From contig CAWAIF010000003.1 of assembly GCA_963782055.1 (NCBI GenBank), positions 704,001 through 768,000 of the forward strand: a DNA stretch of 64,000 bases, read 5' to 3'. The stretch comes from an uncultured delta proteobacterium (GTDB lineage Bacteria > Myxococcota_A > Polyangia > Polyangiales > Polyangiaceae). The notes beneath the pieces are model-generated. The model was not told the origin of the DNA and made no database searches. It saw only the letters and a list, made by a program, of their open reading frames with translations. The position numbers were made by a program, and so were the translations under genes. Of the stretch, positions 31,282-42,436 are shown piece after piece (positions within the stretch are counted from its first letter, which is position 1; every line of letters begins with the position of its first letter).

Positions 31282-32283
31282 ATGGCGGTACCGACGATCG
31301 CGAGCGGCGCCCTGCGGAAGATGCTCGCCGTCGCGGGCGAGCTGGGTGTGAAGGCGGCGGACGTGCTCGGCGCGGTGGGGGTGGACGCCGCCGTGCTGGA
31401 GGACGCCGACGGGCGCATCCCCATCGTGACGCTGCACGCGGCGTGGGAGGCGGTGCTCTCCCGCGACCCGCGGGCGCGCGGCGTGTTCGTCGGGGCGGGC
31501 GCGTACACGCCCGGCGACTACGGCGTGATGGGCTACGTGGCGATGAGCAGCGCCACGCTGGGCGAGGCGATGGTGCACTTCGTCCGGTACATCGGGCTGT
31601 GGACCGACGAGCCCTCCTTCGACCGCGAGGGCGCCACGATCGTCTTCGCGTACCGTCAGTCCTTCCGGGACGGGCCGGGCCGGCGGGCCGCGCTGGAGGC
31701 GGCGCCCGCGGAGATCGTGCACGGGGCGCGGATGATCACCCAGCGGCGCATCGTCCCGCGCGAGGTGCGCTTCGCCCACCCGGCGCCGGAGGACGTGTCG
31801 GGCCTGGAGGGGTTCCTCGGCTGCCGCGTGCGCTTCGAGGCGCGCGACAACGCGCTGGTGCTCCGCCAGAAGGACCTCGCGGTGCGGCTGCCCAAGGCGG
31901 ACCCTCAGCTCGTGGCGCTGCTGCGCGGCGTGGCCAACGAGGCGCTGTCCCGGCGCAGCGTGCCCGGCGACTCTCCCCTCGATCAGGTGCGCGCCATCAT
32001 CGCCGAGGAGCTCTCGCGCGGGGTACCCGGCGTCGATGTCGTGGCCAGGCGGATGGCGACGAGCGAGCGGACGCTGCGCCGCAGACTGGAGCACAACGGC
32101 ACCTCCTTTCGCGAGCTGCTGGACGACACGCGCGCGCGGCTCGCCCGGAGCTACGTGCGCGACCGGCGGATGCCGCTGGCGGAGGTTGCCTTCATGCTCG
32201 GCTTCTCCGAGCCGAGCGCATTCCACCGCGCCTTCAAGCGCTGGACGAGCACCACCCCGGCGGCCTGGCGCGCGCGCGGGTGA
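31282..32283 (+). CDS. AraC-family transcriptional regulator
   Basis: SERTLRRRL...GTSFRELLD, AEVAFMLGFSEPSAFHRAFKRWT..TP. Confidence 0.93.
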   Translation: MAVPTIASGALRKMLAVAGELGVKAADVLGAVGVDAAVLEDADGRIPIVTLHAAWEAVLSRDPRARGVFVGAGAYTPGDYGVMGYVAMSSATLGEAMVHFVRYIGLWTDEPSFDREGATIVFAYRQSFRDGPGRRAALEAAPAEIVHGARMITQRRIVPREVRFAHPAPEDVSGLEGFLGCRVRFEARDNALVLRQKDLAVRLPKADPQLVALLRGVANEALSRRSVPGDSPLDQVRAIIAEELSRGVPGVDVVARRMATSERTLRRRLEHNGTSFRELLDDTRARLARSYVRDRRMPLAEVAFMLGFSEPSAFHRAFKRWTSTTPAAWRARG

Positions 32284-32332
32284 CGGCCCGCGGGTCTCGC
32301 CGGCCGGCGGCGAGGTGGTAGAGTCGAGCGTC

Positions 32333-33571
32333 ATGCGCGCGCCTCTTCTCTTTGCCTTCGGCTTCACCTTCGCCGCCGCCGCGGTCACCCTCCTCGCCTG
32401 CGGCGACGACACGCCGCAGACCTACGGCCCGACGTACGGCAAGGACTCCGGGCAGGACGGCACCGTCGGCGACGGGGGGCCCACCTCCGACGTCGCGGTC
32501 GACGCGCCCGCGGACGGCGCGCTCCTGGACGCCCCTCCCGACGCGCCGGCGTGCGGCTCCACCACGGTGATCCTGGGCGGCAACGGCTCCAGCCTCTTCG
32601 GCGGCGGCGGCGGCGGGTCCGCCGCGCTGGTCACCGCGACGCTCCCCGGGTCGGTCGCGGACCGCATCGCCGTCGCGCCGTACGGCACCGGCTTCGTCGC
32701 CGCGCTGCGCGCGACCGGCGGCGCGCTCGAGTCCACGGTGTTCACCACCTCGTGGGCGGACCCGGCGCCCATCGCCGCGCGCACCGCGCGCGACGCCCCG
32801 GCGCTCGCGAGCATCGGCGCCGTCGTCCACCTCGTCTACCAGTCGAACGACGCCGACGCGGGTGTAGACTACAAGTATTTCCACGGGCAGTACGCCAGCG
32901 ACGCCTGGGACTCCGCCGACGATCCCGTCGGCGGCGGCGGCAACAGCCAGAGCTACGGCCCCCGGGCCCCGGGCGCCGCGGCGGTGGGGACGGATCTGGT
33001 CATCGCCCAGGCGGGCGACAACTCGGTGCTCTACGACCAGACCTGGAGCAGCACCTGGCAGGCCGCGCACGGGCAGAACGCCGCCGCCATCCAGAAGGAC
33101 ATCCCTCCGACGATCGTCGCGCTCACCGGCGGCTCCGCCGACCTGATGATCGCCTACATGCGCGACGGCGATTACAAGATCATGAGCGTCACGCGTTCGG
33201 GCGGGACGTGGAGCGCGCCGGTGCTGGTGAACACCACCGCGTACGCCAACGATCCGGTCGCCGTCGCGCCGATGGCGGGCGGCAAGGCGATCCTCGTCTT
33301 CCGCGGCACCGACATGAAGCCCTACTTCAGCCTCTACGACGGGCAGGGCGCGTGGTCGGCGCCGGCGGCGGTGGTCGCCCAGAGCTCGCCCACCGTCGCC
33401 TCGACGCCGTCGGTCGCGACAGGCGTGTGCGGCGACGACGCGGTGATCGCCTACGCCGCGAACGGCGGCGGGGTCGAGCTGGTGCACCTCCAGGGCGGCG
33501 CACCGCTCCCGCCCGTGCAGGTCAGCGGCACCACCGGCGCGCAGTTCGTGGCGGTCGCGACGCGGCCGTGA
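32333..33571 (+). CDS. Hypothetical lipoprotein, beta-propeller-like repeats
   Basis: LLAC lipobox, DA/DG linker, recurrent W(S/A)AP..P(A/S)(L/V)A motifs. Confidence 0.7.
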   Translation: MRAPLLFAFGFTFAAAAVTLLACGDDTPQTYGPTYGKDSGQDGTVGDGGPTSDVAVDAPADGALLDAPPDAPACGSTTVILGGNGSSLFGGGGGGSAALVTATLPGSVADRIAVAPYGTGFVAALRATGGALESTVFTTSWADPAPIAARTARDAPALASIGAVVHLVYQSNDADAGVDYKYFHGQYASDAWDSADDPVGGGGNSQSYGPRAPGAAAVGTDLVIAQAGDNSVLYDQTWSSTWQAAHGQNAAAIQKDIPPTIVALTGGSADLMIAYMRDGDYKIMSVTRSGGTWSAPVLVNTTAYANDPVAVAPMAGGKAILVFRGTDMKPYFSLYDGQGAWSAPAAVVAQSSPTVASTPSVATGVCGDDAVIAYAANGGGVELVHLQGGAPLPPVQVSGTTGAQFVAVATRP

Positions 33572-33668
33572 GGTCGTGACCGCGGCTCCGCGCGCGCGTA
33601 ACGCGATGTAACGCGGAGGGGACGCTCGCGGCTGCATGGTCGGGTGGACGGCCCCGTCCATCGCACAC

Positions 33669-35375
33669 ATGAAGCGCATGTTCTTGTCTTGCGCCGCGGG
33701 CTTCGTGCTCGCGTGCGGTCCGTCCTCTCCGGTCCAGCCCGTGCCCGGTGGCGATGACGCGGGGGCCCCGATGGGCGACGCGTCTCCGCCGACCGGCGAC
33801 GCGGCGCCTCCCGACGCGGGCGTCGGCGACGCCGGACCGGTCGACCCGGGCCCGCCCCTCGCCCCGCGCCTCATCGGCCCGCTCTCCACCATGCGCGCCA
33901 CCTCCCGCCGGCCGACGCTCCACTGGAAGCTCGCCGGCGGCGCGACGGGCGCGCACGTGGAGGTGTGCGCCGATCACGCGTGCAACACCGTCCTCACCAC
34001 CTTCGACGCGCAGGGGACCTCCGGCGCGCCATCGGTCGACCTGCCGCCGGGCGTCGTCTTCTGGCGCGCGTACGGGACGGGTGGCGGCGTGACGACCGCG
34101 AAGGCGAGCCCGCCGTGGGAGCTGGTCATCCCGCCCGTGAGCGCGCCGGTCGACACCGCGTGGGGCACCATGCTGGACGTGGACGGCGACGGCCTCGCCG
34201 AGCTGGCCGTGGGCGCCCCGGACGACGCGGGCTGGGTGGGCAAGGTCTACGTGTACATGGGGAGCCACGACGGGCCGTCGGGCAGCAGCACCATCCAGAG
34301 CCTGACCGGCATCGACGGCAACGGCGCCGGCTACGCGATGTCGGTATCGTCGGCGGGGGACGTGGACGGCGACGGCTACGCCGATCTCGCCGTCGGCGCC
34401 GAGACGCTGGACGAGGTCTACGTCTACCGCGGCAACGCGCTCACCCTGCCGGGGAAGCCTTCGTACACGCTGCAGGGCATCCACCCGACGGCGATCGGCG
34501 ACGTGGACGGCGACGGCTACGGCGATCTGGCGCTGCAAGGTCCGAACGACGCGCTGTACCTCTACCCCGGGAGCGCCAGCGGACCTCCCAAGGCGCCGAC
34601 GGTCTTGCCCGCGCCGCAGGGCGCGCAGGGCTTCGCGCACGAGATCGCCGGCGGCGACATCAACGGCGACGGCTATGGCGATCTGCTCGTCGCCGACTTC
34701 AAGCCGCACCCCGACCTGTACGTGTACCTCGGCGGTCCCGGCGGCTTGCCGTCGGCGCCGTCGGCGACCATCGCCTCGCCGGTGTGGCTCGGTCTCGTCC
34801 CGACGGGCGCCTTCGGCTTCAACCAGATCGGCACCGGCGACGTGAACGGCGACGGCTACGCCGACGTGGTCACCCTCGGGCACCACGACGACACCAGCAT
34901 CGACTGCCCGGTGTACCTCTTCCGCGGCGGCTCCTCGGGCCTCGCGTCGACGCCGGACGCCGATACGCCGCTCGCCACCGGATGCCACGTCTCGCAGATG
35001 TATCTCGCCTCCAGCGGCGACGTGAACGGTGACGGCTACGCCGACGCGGTGGTGAGCTTGCCGAGCGGCCTGCAGACCAAGGGCGTCGCGTACGTCTTCG
35101 ACGGCTCCTCCTCCGGCTTGCCCGCCTCGCCCACCAGCACCTTCGAGCCCTTCCCCGGGTTCACCTACGGCAACGCGGTGCTCTCCACCGACATCAACGG
35201 CGACGGCAAGGCGGACCCGGTGTTCGGCGCGAGCGCCTACTTCGTCCGAGCGTACATGAGCTCCGGGACCCCGCTCACACGCACGCTGAGCGGACCGGTC
35301 AGCTCCGCCTTCGGCGAGTGCGGCTCCTGCCTCGCCCTGGATCCGCGTCGAGCGCGGCTCAATCCCGCCGGATGA
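33669..35375 (+). CDS. FG-GAP/VCBS (integrin-alpha-like) repeat lipoprotein
   Basis: VLAC lipobox; seven D(V/I)(D/N)GDG.(A/G)(D/E) repeats. Confidence 0.88.
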   Translation: MKRMFLSCAAGFVLACGPSSPVQPVPGGDDAGAPMGDASPPTGDAAPPDAGVGDAGPVDPGPPLAPRLIGPLSTMRATSRRPTLHWKLAGGATGAHVEVCADHACNTVLTTFDAQGTSGAPSVDLPPGVVFWRAYGTGGGVTTAKASPPWELVIPPVSAPVDTAWGTMLDVDGDGLAELAVGAPDDAGWVGKVYVYMGSHDGPSGSSTIQSLTGIDGNGAGYAMSVSSAGDVDGDGYADLAVGAETLDEVYVYRGNALTLPGKPSYTLQGIHPTAIGDVDGDGYGDLALQGPNDALYLYPGSASGPPKAPTVLPAPQGAQGFAHEIAGGDINGDGYGDLLVADFKPHPDLYVYLGGPGGLPSAPSATIASPVWLGLVPTGAFGFNQIGTGDVNGDGYADVVTLGHHDDTSIDCPVYLFRGGSSGLASTPDADTPLATGCHVSQMYLASSGDVNGDGYADAVVSLPSGLQTKGVAYVFDGSSSGLPASPTSTFEPFPGFTYGNAVLSTDINGDGKADPVFGASAYFVRAYMSSGTPLTRTLSGPVSSAFGECGSCLALDPRRARLNPAG

Positions 35376-36366
35376 CGCAGCGCGGGTCGCCGGTGACGCA
35401 GCACCGTGCGTTGTAGCGCGCGGTCATGTTGTGGACGTCCTCCGCGCCCGGCGCGGTGAGGCGGTGCAGCGAGAGGATGGCCGCGCGCGCCTCCCCACAT
35501 TGGCCTGCCTGGATGGCGCTCCCCGCGAAGTTCAGGCGATCGGAGGTGAGCATGGTGGCGAAGGGGTAGCTCTGGTCGATGCGCCAGCAGCGCACGCCCG
35601 CCCCCGCGACGAGCGCGGCGCACGCGATCAGGATGCCCGTCGTGAGGCCCTTGCTGTAGGGACGCCCGCGGCGCCACATCACGGCGATGGCGGCGCCGGA
35701 GATCGCCCCGCCGGCGTGCGCCGCGTTGTCGAAGCCGCCGCTCGCGCCGCCGAGCCGGATGAGGAAGCTGACCACCAGGCCGAGGCCCAGGATGGTGAGC
35801 AGCCAGCCGCCCATCATCCGCATGATGGGGCTCTTCGGTCCCTCCAGCCGGTAGCCGATGACGAGCGCCGCGCCGATGAGGCCGCAGATCGCCCCCGACG
35901 CGCCGACTCCCAGGCGTTGCCCGCCGCTCAGCCAGCCGAAGAAGGTGCTGCCGGCGCTGCCCACGATGCCGCTCGCCACGTAGAGGGGCGCCATGCGCCC
36001 CACGCCGACGGCGCGCTCCACGAAGGGACCGATCTGCCGGAGCGCGACCATGTTGAAGGCGATGTGCAGCAGCGAGCCGTGGACGAAGCACGAGGTGAGC
36101 AGCGTCTCGTAGCGGCCCTCGTAGACGGTGGCCCCGGCGTAGTTGCCCCCGAAGGCGAGCAAGGTGTCGCCGGGCATGTTGGTCAGCGAGCCGAGGCCCC
36201 CGTGCCAGACCTGGGCCGCGAACACGACGACGTTCATCGCGATGATGGCGAAGGTCAGCGGCGAGGTCCGAAAGAGCGAGGCCTCCGGTGCTCGCCGCGG
36301 CGGCGCGCGGAGCGGCGCCGGGGTGGGGCCGATGGGCCGGGGGACCGGGGATCCGGACGTGCTCAC
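35359..36366 (-). CDS. Rhomboid-family intramembrane serine protease
   Basis: FVHGSLLHIAFNM, GVGASGAICG, DNAAHAGGAISG, multiple TM helices; GTG start 6 nt after TATCGT. Confidence 0.9.
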   Translation of the reverse strand: MSTSGSPVPRPIGPTPAPLRAPPRRAPEASLFRTSPLTFAIIAMNVVVFAAQVWHGGLGSLTNMPGDTLLAFGGNYAGATVYEGRYETLLTSCFVHGSLLHIAFNMVALRQIGPFVERAVGVGRMAPLYVASGIVGSAGSTFFGWLSGGQRLGVGASGAICGLIGAALVIGYRLEGPKSPIMRMMGGWLLTILGLGLVVSFLIRLGGASGGFDNAAHAGGAISGAAIAVMWRRGRPYSKGLTTGILIACAALVAGAGVRCWRIDQSYPFATMLTSDRLNFAGSAIQAGQCGEARAAILSLHRLTAPGAEDVHNMTARYNARCCVTGDPRCVIRRD

Positions 36367-36453
36367 CCGCGGACGATAACACGCCCGCCGCGCCGCCCCA
36401 TCCCCCCGAAACTTGGCCGCCGCGCGAGCCACCTGGTAACGCCCTGGCGTCGG

Positions 36454-38592
36454 ATGGAGCTCCTCGTACGCGCTTCGCTCTCCGTGCGGCGTCTCTGGCG
36501 CTGGGGACACGGCCTCGCGATCGCGTGCGCGGTCGCCGCGTTCGTGGTGGGCGGGGGGACGACCGCCGCCGCGGGCCTCGCCGGGCTCGCGCCGCTCGTG
36601 CTGGTGGTGGCGCTCGTCGCCGTGCGCGCCCGCAAGAAGCTCACCCTCGCGGACGAGGCGCCCTTCCACGTCGACCTGGACCTCGGCATCCTGCTGGCCA
36701 CCGCGCTCATCGGGGCGCTGATCCGCGTCGACGGCACGCCCGACGGTCCCTTCGGCCCCACCGCGTACCTGCTCGTGGCCTTCCTCGCCGCCTTCACGCG
36801 GCCGGCCGCCGCGGTGTTCGCCGCCCTCTGGCTGCTCGGGCTGGACTTCGCCGTCCGTCGCTGGCTCCTCGCCGACGCCGACCTGCACGCGTGGGCGCGC
36901 CACGCCGGCCTGCTCGCCGCCTTCGCCGCGCTCAACCTCCTGCTGCTCCGCGCCGAGGTCGCGCGCATCCGCCGCGCCGCGCGCGCGCGCATCGAGCAGG
37001 AGCTGAAGCGCCTGAAGGACGACGCGCGCAGCTACCGCCTGCTCGGCGCCGGCGACGGCCACGGCGGGGAGGACCGGCTGGAGCGCTCCAGCGTGGAGGA
37101 GATCCAGAAGGCGGTGCACTACGCCCTGGACCTGCTCCGCCGCACGCTGGACCTCAACACCGCGGTGCTGCTCTGGCTCAACGACGCCGGCACCCACCTG
37201 CGCATCAGCGAGCTCTCCACCGGCTCCGACGACATCCACGACGCGCCCCTGCCCATCGGCGACGGCGTCCTGGGCGCGGTGGCGGCGCGCGGCGAGCGCG
37301 TCTCGCTCTCCAACCTCAAGCCCTCCTACAAGGTGCCCTACTACTCCGGCGCGTGCCCGGTGCGCGTGCTCCTCGCCATCCCCATCATGGAGGACCACAA
37401 GCTGCGCGGGATCCTGGTCATCGACCGCGCGAAGAACGACCCGTTCACCCTGCACGAGGAGGAGCTCACCGCGCAGGCCGCGCGCTACTGCACCCGCGCC
37501 ATCCAGAACGAGCGCGTCTTCGTGCAGCTCGAGCGCGCCAAGGTGGAGCAGGGCAAGCTCTATCGCGCGGCGCAGTCGCTCGGCGCGGCGCTCAGCGAGA
37601 AGGACGTGCTCGACGCGGGCGTGCGCGCTGCCCGGGAGATCGCCAGCTTCGACCTCGCGGCGGTGACGCTCTACGACGAGGCCGCGCGCTCGCACCAGGT
37701 GGTGGCGGCGACGAGCCACGCCGGGGAGATCGACGACCTGGTCGGCGCGAAGTTCGGCCACAACGCCGGCCTCGTTTCCATGGTGGTGCAGAACAAGTTC
37801 CCGCTCCCCTACAAGGGGGAGTACGACCCCTCGCGGCAGGTGGTCCTCACGCGCCACTACCCCTGGCCGAAGCTGCCCAGCCTGCTCGTCTTGCCGCTGG
37901 TGCTCCACGACCGGCCGCTCGGCACCCTCATCCTCGGCGCGCGCCGGCGCCACGCCTTCGGGGACGCGGTGCGCCCCACGCTGGAGGTCCTGGCGAGCCA
38001 CCTCGCGGTCTCGCTGTCCAACGCCCGGATGGTCGCCAAGCTGGAGCAGATGGCGACGACCGACGGCCTCACCGGTTTGCTCAACAAGCGCGCCATGCTG
38101 GACGCCGCCCACCAGAAGGTCGCCGCCGCGGCGCGCTTCGGCCGCAAGCTGAGCGTGCTCATCGCCGACATCGACTTCTTCAAGAAGGTCAACGACACCT
38201 ACGGCCACGACGTGGGCGACGTCGTCATCAAGGGCCTCGGCGAGATCCTCAAGCGTCAGAAGCGCGCGACCGACCTCGTGGCGCGCTTCGGGGGCGAGGA
38301 GTTCGTCGTCCTCTGCGAGCAGACCGACGAGAAGGGCGCCATGCTCCTCGCCGAGCGCATCCGCGAGGAGCTGGGCAAGACGACCTTCCACGCCGAGCAG
38401 GGCACCTTCTCGGTCACCTGCTCCATCGGCGTCGCCACCTTCCCGGAGGCGGGCCGCGAGTGGGAGGCCCTCTTCAAGGCCTCCGACGAGGCGCTCTACG
38501 TCTCCAAGCGCTCCGGCCGCGACCGCTCCACCGCGTGGAGCCCGTCCAGGGCGCCCGGGGCGCCACCGAGCACGAAGCGCCTGGCGGGTTAG
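36454..38592 (+). CDS. Membrane-anchored GAF-GAF-GGDEF diguanylate cyclase
   Basis: N-terminal TM helices, two GAF-like domains, DGLTGLLN, DIDFFKKVNDTYGH, RATD I-site, RFGGEEF. Confidence 0.93.
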   Translation: MELLVRASLSVRRLWRWGHGLAIACAVAAFVVGGGTTAAAGLAGLAPLVLVVALVAVRARKKLTLADEAPFHVDLDLGILLATALIGALIRVDGTPDGPFGPTAYLLVAFLAAFTRPAAAVFAALWLLGLDFAVRRWLLADADLHAWARHAGLLAAFAALNLLLLRAEVARIRRAARARIEQELKRLKDDARSYRLLGAGDGHGGEDRLERSSVEEIQKAVHYALDLLRRTLDLNTAVLLWLNDAGTHLRISELSTGSDDIHDAPLPIGDGVLGAVAARGERVSLSNLKPSYKVPYYSGACPVRVLLAIPIMEDHKLRGILVIDRAKNDPFTLHEEELTAQAARYCTRAIQNERVFVQLERAKVEQGKLYRAAQSLGAALSEKDVLDAGVRAAREIASFDLAAVTLYDEAARSHQVVAATSHAGEIDDLVGAKFGHNAGLVSMVVQNKFPLPYKGEYDPSRQVVLTRHYPWPKLPSLLVLPLVLHDRPLGTLILGARRRHAFGDAVRPTLEVLASHLAVSLSNARMVAKLEQMATTDGLTGLLNKRAMLDAAHQKVAAAARFGRKLSVLIADIDFFKKVNDTYGHDVGDVVIKGLGEILKRQKRATDLVARFGGEEFVVLCEQTDEKGAMLLAERIREELGKTTFHAEQGTFSVTCSIGVATFPEAGREWEALFKASDEALYVSKRSGRDRSTAWSPSRAPGAPPSTKRLAG

Positions 38593-39017
38593 TCCTTCTT
38601 CGGCACCGGGTGCAGCGCGCAGTGGCCCGCCACGCACCCGCACGCGTTGGCGTCGCTCGTCGCGCAGCGCATCTCCTGGGTGCACATCGTCCCGGGCTTG
38701 CGGGGCTCCGCCTTCGCCTTCGCCACGCACGCCGCCGCGTGGCACGGCGTCGAGGGCGCGCAGTCGGCGTCCGTGGTGCACGCGTCGTCGGAGGGCAGCG
38801 GCTCGCACAGGGAGCAGCCGCAGAGCTTCGGCCCGCCGCCGGACATGTCGACCGCCGCGGGCGCCGCGTCCACCTGCTGCATGCCAGCGCCCGACCCGCC
38901 GTCGCCCAGGGTGACGGTCGGCGTCTTCGCGCCGCCGGAGTCGGCGGCGCCGGGGCCGCACGCGGCGGCGAGGACGAGGGCGGAGCAGGTCAGGCCCGGC
39001 GCGACGGATCGCATCAT
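38589..39017 (-). CDS. Small Cys-rich lipoprotein
   Basis: LAAAC lipobox; CTTDADC.P..PCH...C...MCT..RC....CGC..G.C. Confidence 0.75.
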   Translation of the reverse strand: MMRSVAPGLTCSALVLAAACGPGAADSGGAKTPTVTLGDGGSGAGMQQVDAAPAAVDMSGGGPKLCGCSLCEPLPSDDACTTDADCAPSTPCHAAACVAKAKAEPRKPGTMCTQEMRCATSDANACGCVAGHCALHPVPKKD

Positions 39018-39061
39018 CCCGCCACGCTAGGTCAGCGCGCGCGATTCGGCCATGCCCTTCG

Positions 39062-40954
39062 TCAGGGGTGGACCTCCAGGTCGTAGTCGATGTGCGGGAT
39101 GGTCTGCCCGTTGTTGGGGTCCGGGTAGACGTGCACGAGGATGTCGCGCCACGACTCGCCCATGGTGCCGGCGACGCTCTTGCTGGGCACCTCCGGCTCG
39201 CTGTCCACGGTTCCGCACGTCGGTCCCGAGATGAGGTCGGGGTCCCAGCCTGCGATCTGGTAGTCCTCCGAGTACCAGTACAGCTCCACGCACACGCTCT
39301 TGTCCGTGTTGACGCCGCTCGTCGGCTTGCGGATGGCCGCGCCCACCGAGAAGTTCACGGGCCCCGCGCTGTAGGCGTACCAGTCGTCGTCGGCGCCGCA
39401 GAGGTTCAGGTTCTTCAGCGTGATGGTGTTGCTGCCGCTGATCTGCCCGGCGATGGTCTGGTTCACGCCCTGCTGCCACGTGGCGTTGGGCTCCCAGGTG
39501 TCGGGCAGGCACTGCGGGGGCGGCGGCGCGGTCGCGTAGAGATCCTGGTAGAGCGCGGTCACGTCGTCGTCGACGATCTCGAGCGCCTTCTTCCAGTGGT
39601 CCTCGAAGTTCACGGTGGCCTGCTCGTCGGCGCCGTCCTTCTTGTAGTCGATCACGGCCTCCGTCGCGATCGCGAACACGCAGCTCAGGGCGGCGCCCGC
39701 CACCTTCTGCTTGTTCTCCGACATGATCTCCTCGAGCGACTCGTCGGGCACCTGCATCTTCCACGAGACGACGCCGTTCACCGCCAGCGCGTAGTTGCCG
39801 ATCTTCACGCCGAAGAGGGCCTGTTCGAGCTCGGTCAGGCTGACGGTCTGTGTGAGCGAGTAGCGACCCTTGAGGAGCTGACCGACGAGGCCGTCGACCG
39901 TCTCGAAGCCGAACTCGATTCCCTTGGTGTTCATCTCCTCGGGGTTGTAGACGCCGATGTAGCCCTCGCGGACCTTCTGCGCGAGCGCGATGAGCGACTC
40001 GCCCACGGTGGTCAGCTCCTGCTGCTGCGCCGGCGTGTAGTCCTGCGGGGGGGACTTGTCGAGCTGGTCGAGCAGGTAGTTGTACTTGTAGAGCGCCACC
40101 CGGAGCTGCGTCTCCAGCGCCGTCTCTGGCGCGTCGCCCACGCGCGGCTTGGTCCAGCCGATCAGGTTCTTGCCGATGACGTTGCCGCAGAAGAGGCTCG
40201 CCGCCTTCTCCGGCAGCTCCTCCGTGGCGATCTGCATGGCGGCGTAGCCGACGCCCTTCTCCAGCGCCATCGGGATGCCCGCGAACGCGATGGACGCGAG
40301 GTCCGCGGTGACGGACCCCGCGATGGCGCACGCGTCGTGGTGCAGCGGCTCGAAGAAGAGGCAGGTGTTCTCCACCAGGTCCTTCATCACCATGCCGACG
40401 ACGGTGGCCGCCGCGGCCATCATGACCGCCTCGATGGAGATGGTGAAGCTCAGGCCGAGCAGGGTGAACTGGCTGCTGAAGGGGTTGTCCGCCGGCGTGA
40501 AGACGTACCGGTCGCCGTTCGCCCCCTGCAGGTCTTTGCCCTGCACGGTGCCGCTCTGGTCCTTGCCGTCGATGGGGCCGTTGAAGACCATCGGCGCGTA
40601 CTTGTCGTTGTCGTCCAGGACCAGATACGAGGCCGCGTCCTTCATGGCGCCGACCATCACCCGCAAGCCAGGCACCCCGACGCCCTTGTCGTCCTTGGTG
40701 TAGAGCTCGAACATGCCCTTGTGCGCCGGCGAGTAGAAGCGCGCGGCGCCGTCCGGGCCGGAGCTCGCCGTGCCCCACTCCACGCCGTCGGCGCCGGCCA
40801 CCATCTTGACGATGCCGTTGTCCGCCAGCCACTGGTCGAGGTCGGCTCCGGGGTCGTCGACCGAGGGCGCGCCGCTCCCGACGTCGGCGGAGCACCCGCC
40901 GAGGACCACGCCGAGGATCACGAGGACGAAGAAAAGGAGGGTGCGTCGGACCAT
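39062..40954 (-). CDS. Large hypothetical lipoprotein (helical core, C-terminal PPC-like domain)
   Basis: VLGGC lipobox; hydrophobic internal helices; CLPDTWEPN...LNLCGADDDWY. Confidence 0.8.
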   Translation of the reverse strand: MVRRTLLFFVLVILGVVLGGCSADVGSGAPSVDDPGADLDQWLADNGIVKMVAGADGVEWGTASSGPDGAARFYSPAHKGMFELYTKDDKGVGVPGLRVMVGAMKDAASYLVLDDNDKYAPMVFNGPIDGKDQSGTVQGKDLQGANGDRYVFTPADNPFSSQFTLLGLSFTISIEAVMMAAAATVVGMVMKDLVENTCLFFEPLHHDACAIAGSVTADLASIAFAGIPMALEKGVGYAAMQIATEELPEKAASLFCGNVIGKNLIGWTKPRVGDAPETALETQLRVALYKYNYLLDQLDKSPPQDYTPAQQQELTTVGESLIALAQKVREGYIGVYNPEEMNTKGIEFGFETVDGLVGQLLKGRYSLTQTVSLTELEQALFGVKIGNYALAVNGVVSWKMQVPDESLEEIMSENKQKVAGAALSCVFAIATEAVIDYKKDGADEQATVNFEDHWKKALEIVDDDVTALYQDLYATAPPPPQCLPDTWEPNATWQQGVNQTIAGQISGSNTITLKNLNLCGADDDWYAYSAGPVNFSVGAAIRKPTSGVNTDKSVCVELYWYSEDYQIAGWDPDLISGPTCGTVDSEPEVPSKSVAGTMGESWRDILVHVYPDPNNGQTIPHIDYDLEVHP

Positions 40955-40966
40955 GCCGCCCACCCC

Positions 40967-40982
40967 AGCAAGCCCCGGACCA
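40967..40982 (-). promoter_or_regulatory. Putative sigma54 promoter of the 39062-40954 gene
   Basis: Minus strand TGGTCCGGGGCTTGCT (GG-N10-GC with intact TTGCT); divergent from a sigma54 activator gene. Confidence 0.7.
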
Positions 40983-41022
40983 GCCTGCGGCGGCGCGTTT
41001 CCCGTGCAAATTCGCCGGCGCT

Positions 41023-41063
41023 ACGAACCCCCCGTTCGTCACCACGATCGATTCGATCATGGT
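41023..41063. promoter_or_regulatory. Two adjacent inverted repeats (candidate upstream activator sites)
   Basis: ACGAAC-N5-GTTCGT (41023-41039) and ACCACGATCGA-T-TCGATCATGGT (41041-41063, 1 mismatch). Confidence 0.55.
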
Positions 41064-41090
41064 CGGGGACGGTACGGCATACTGCACCCG

Positions 41091-42431
<1,341 letters not shown>

Positions 42432-42436
42432 CGCGG

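Noticed and set aside
35359..36366. Rhomboid as a dedicated sortase for the C-terminally anchored TSP3 protein
   Set aside because: 29 kb away, with no feature distinguishing it from a general rhomboid; no supporting evidence
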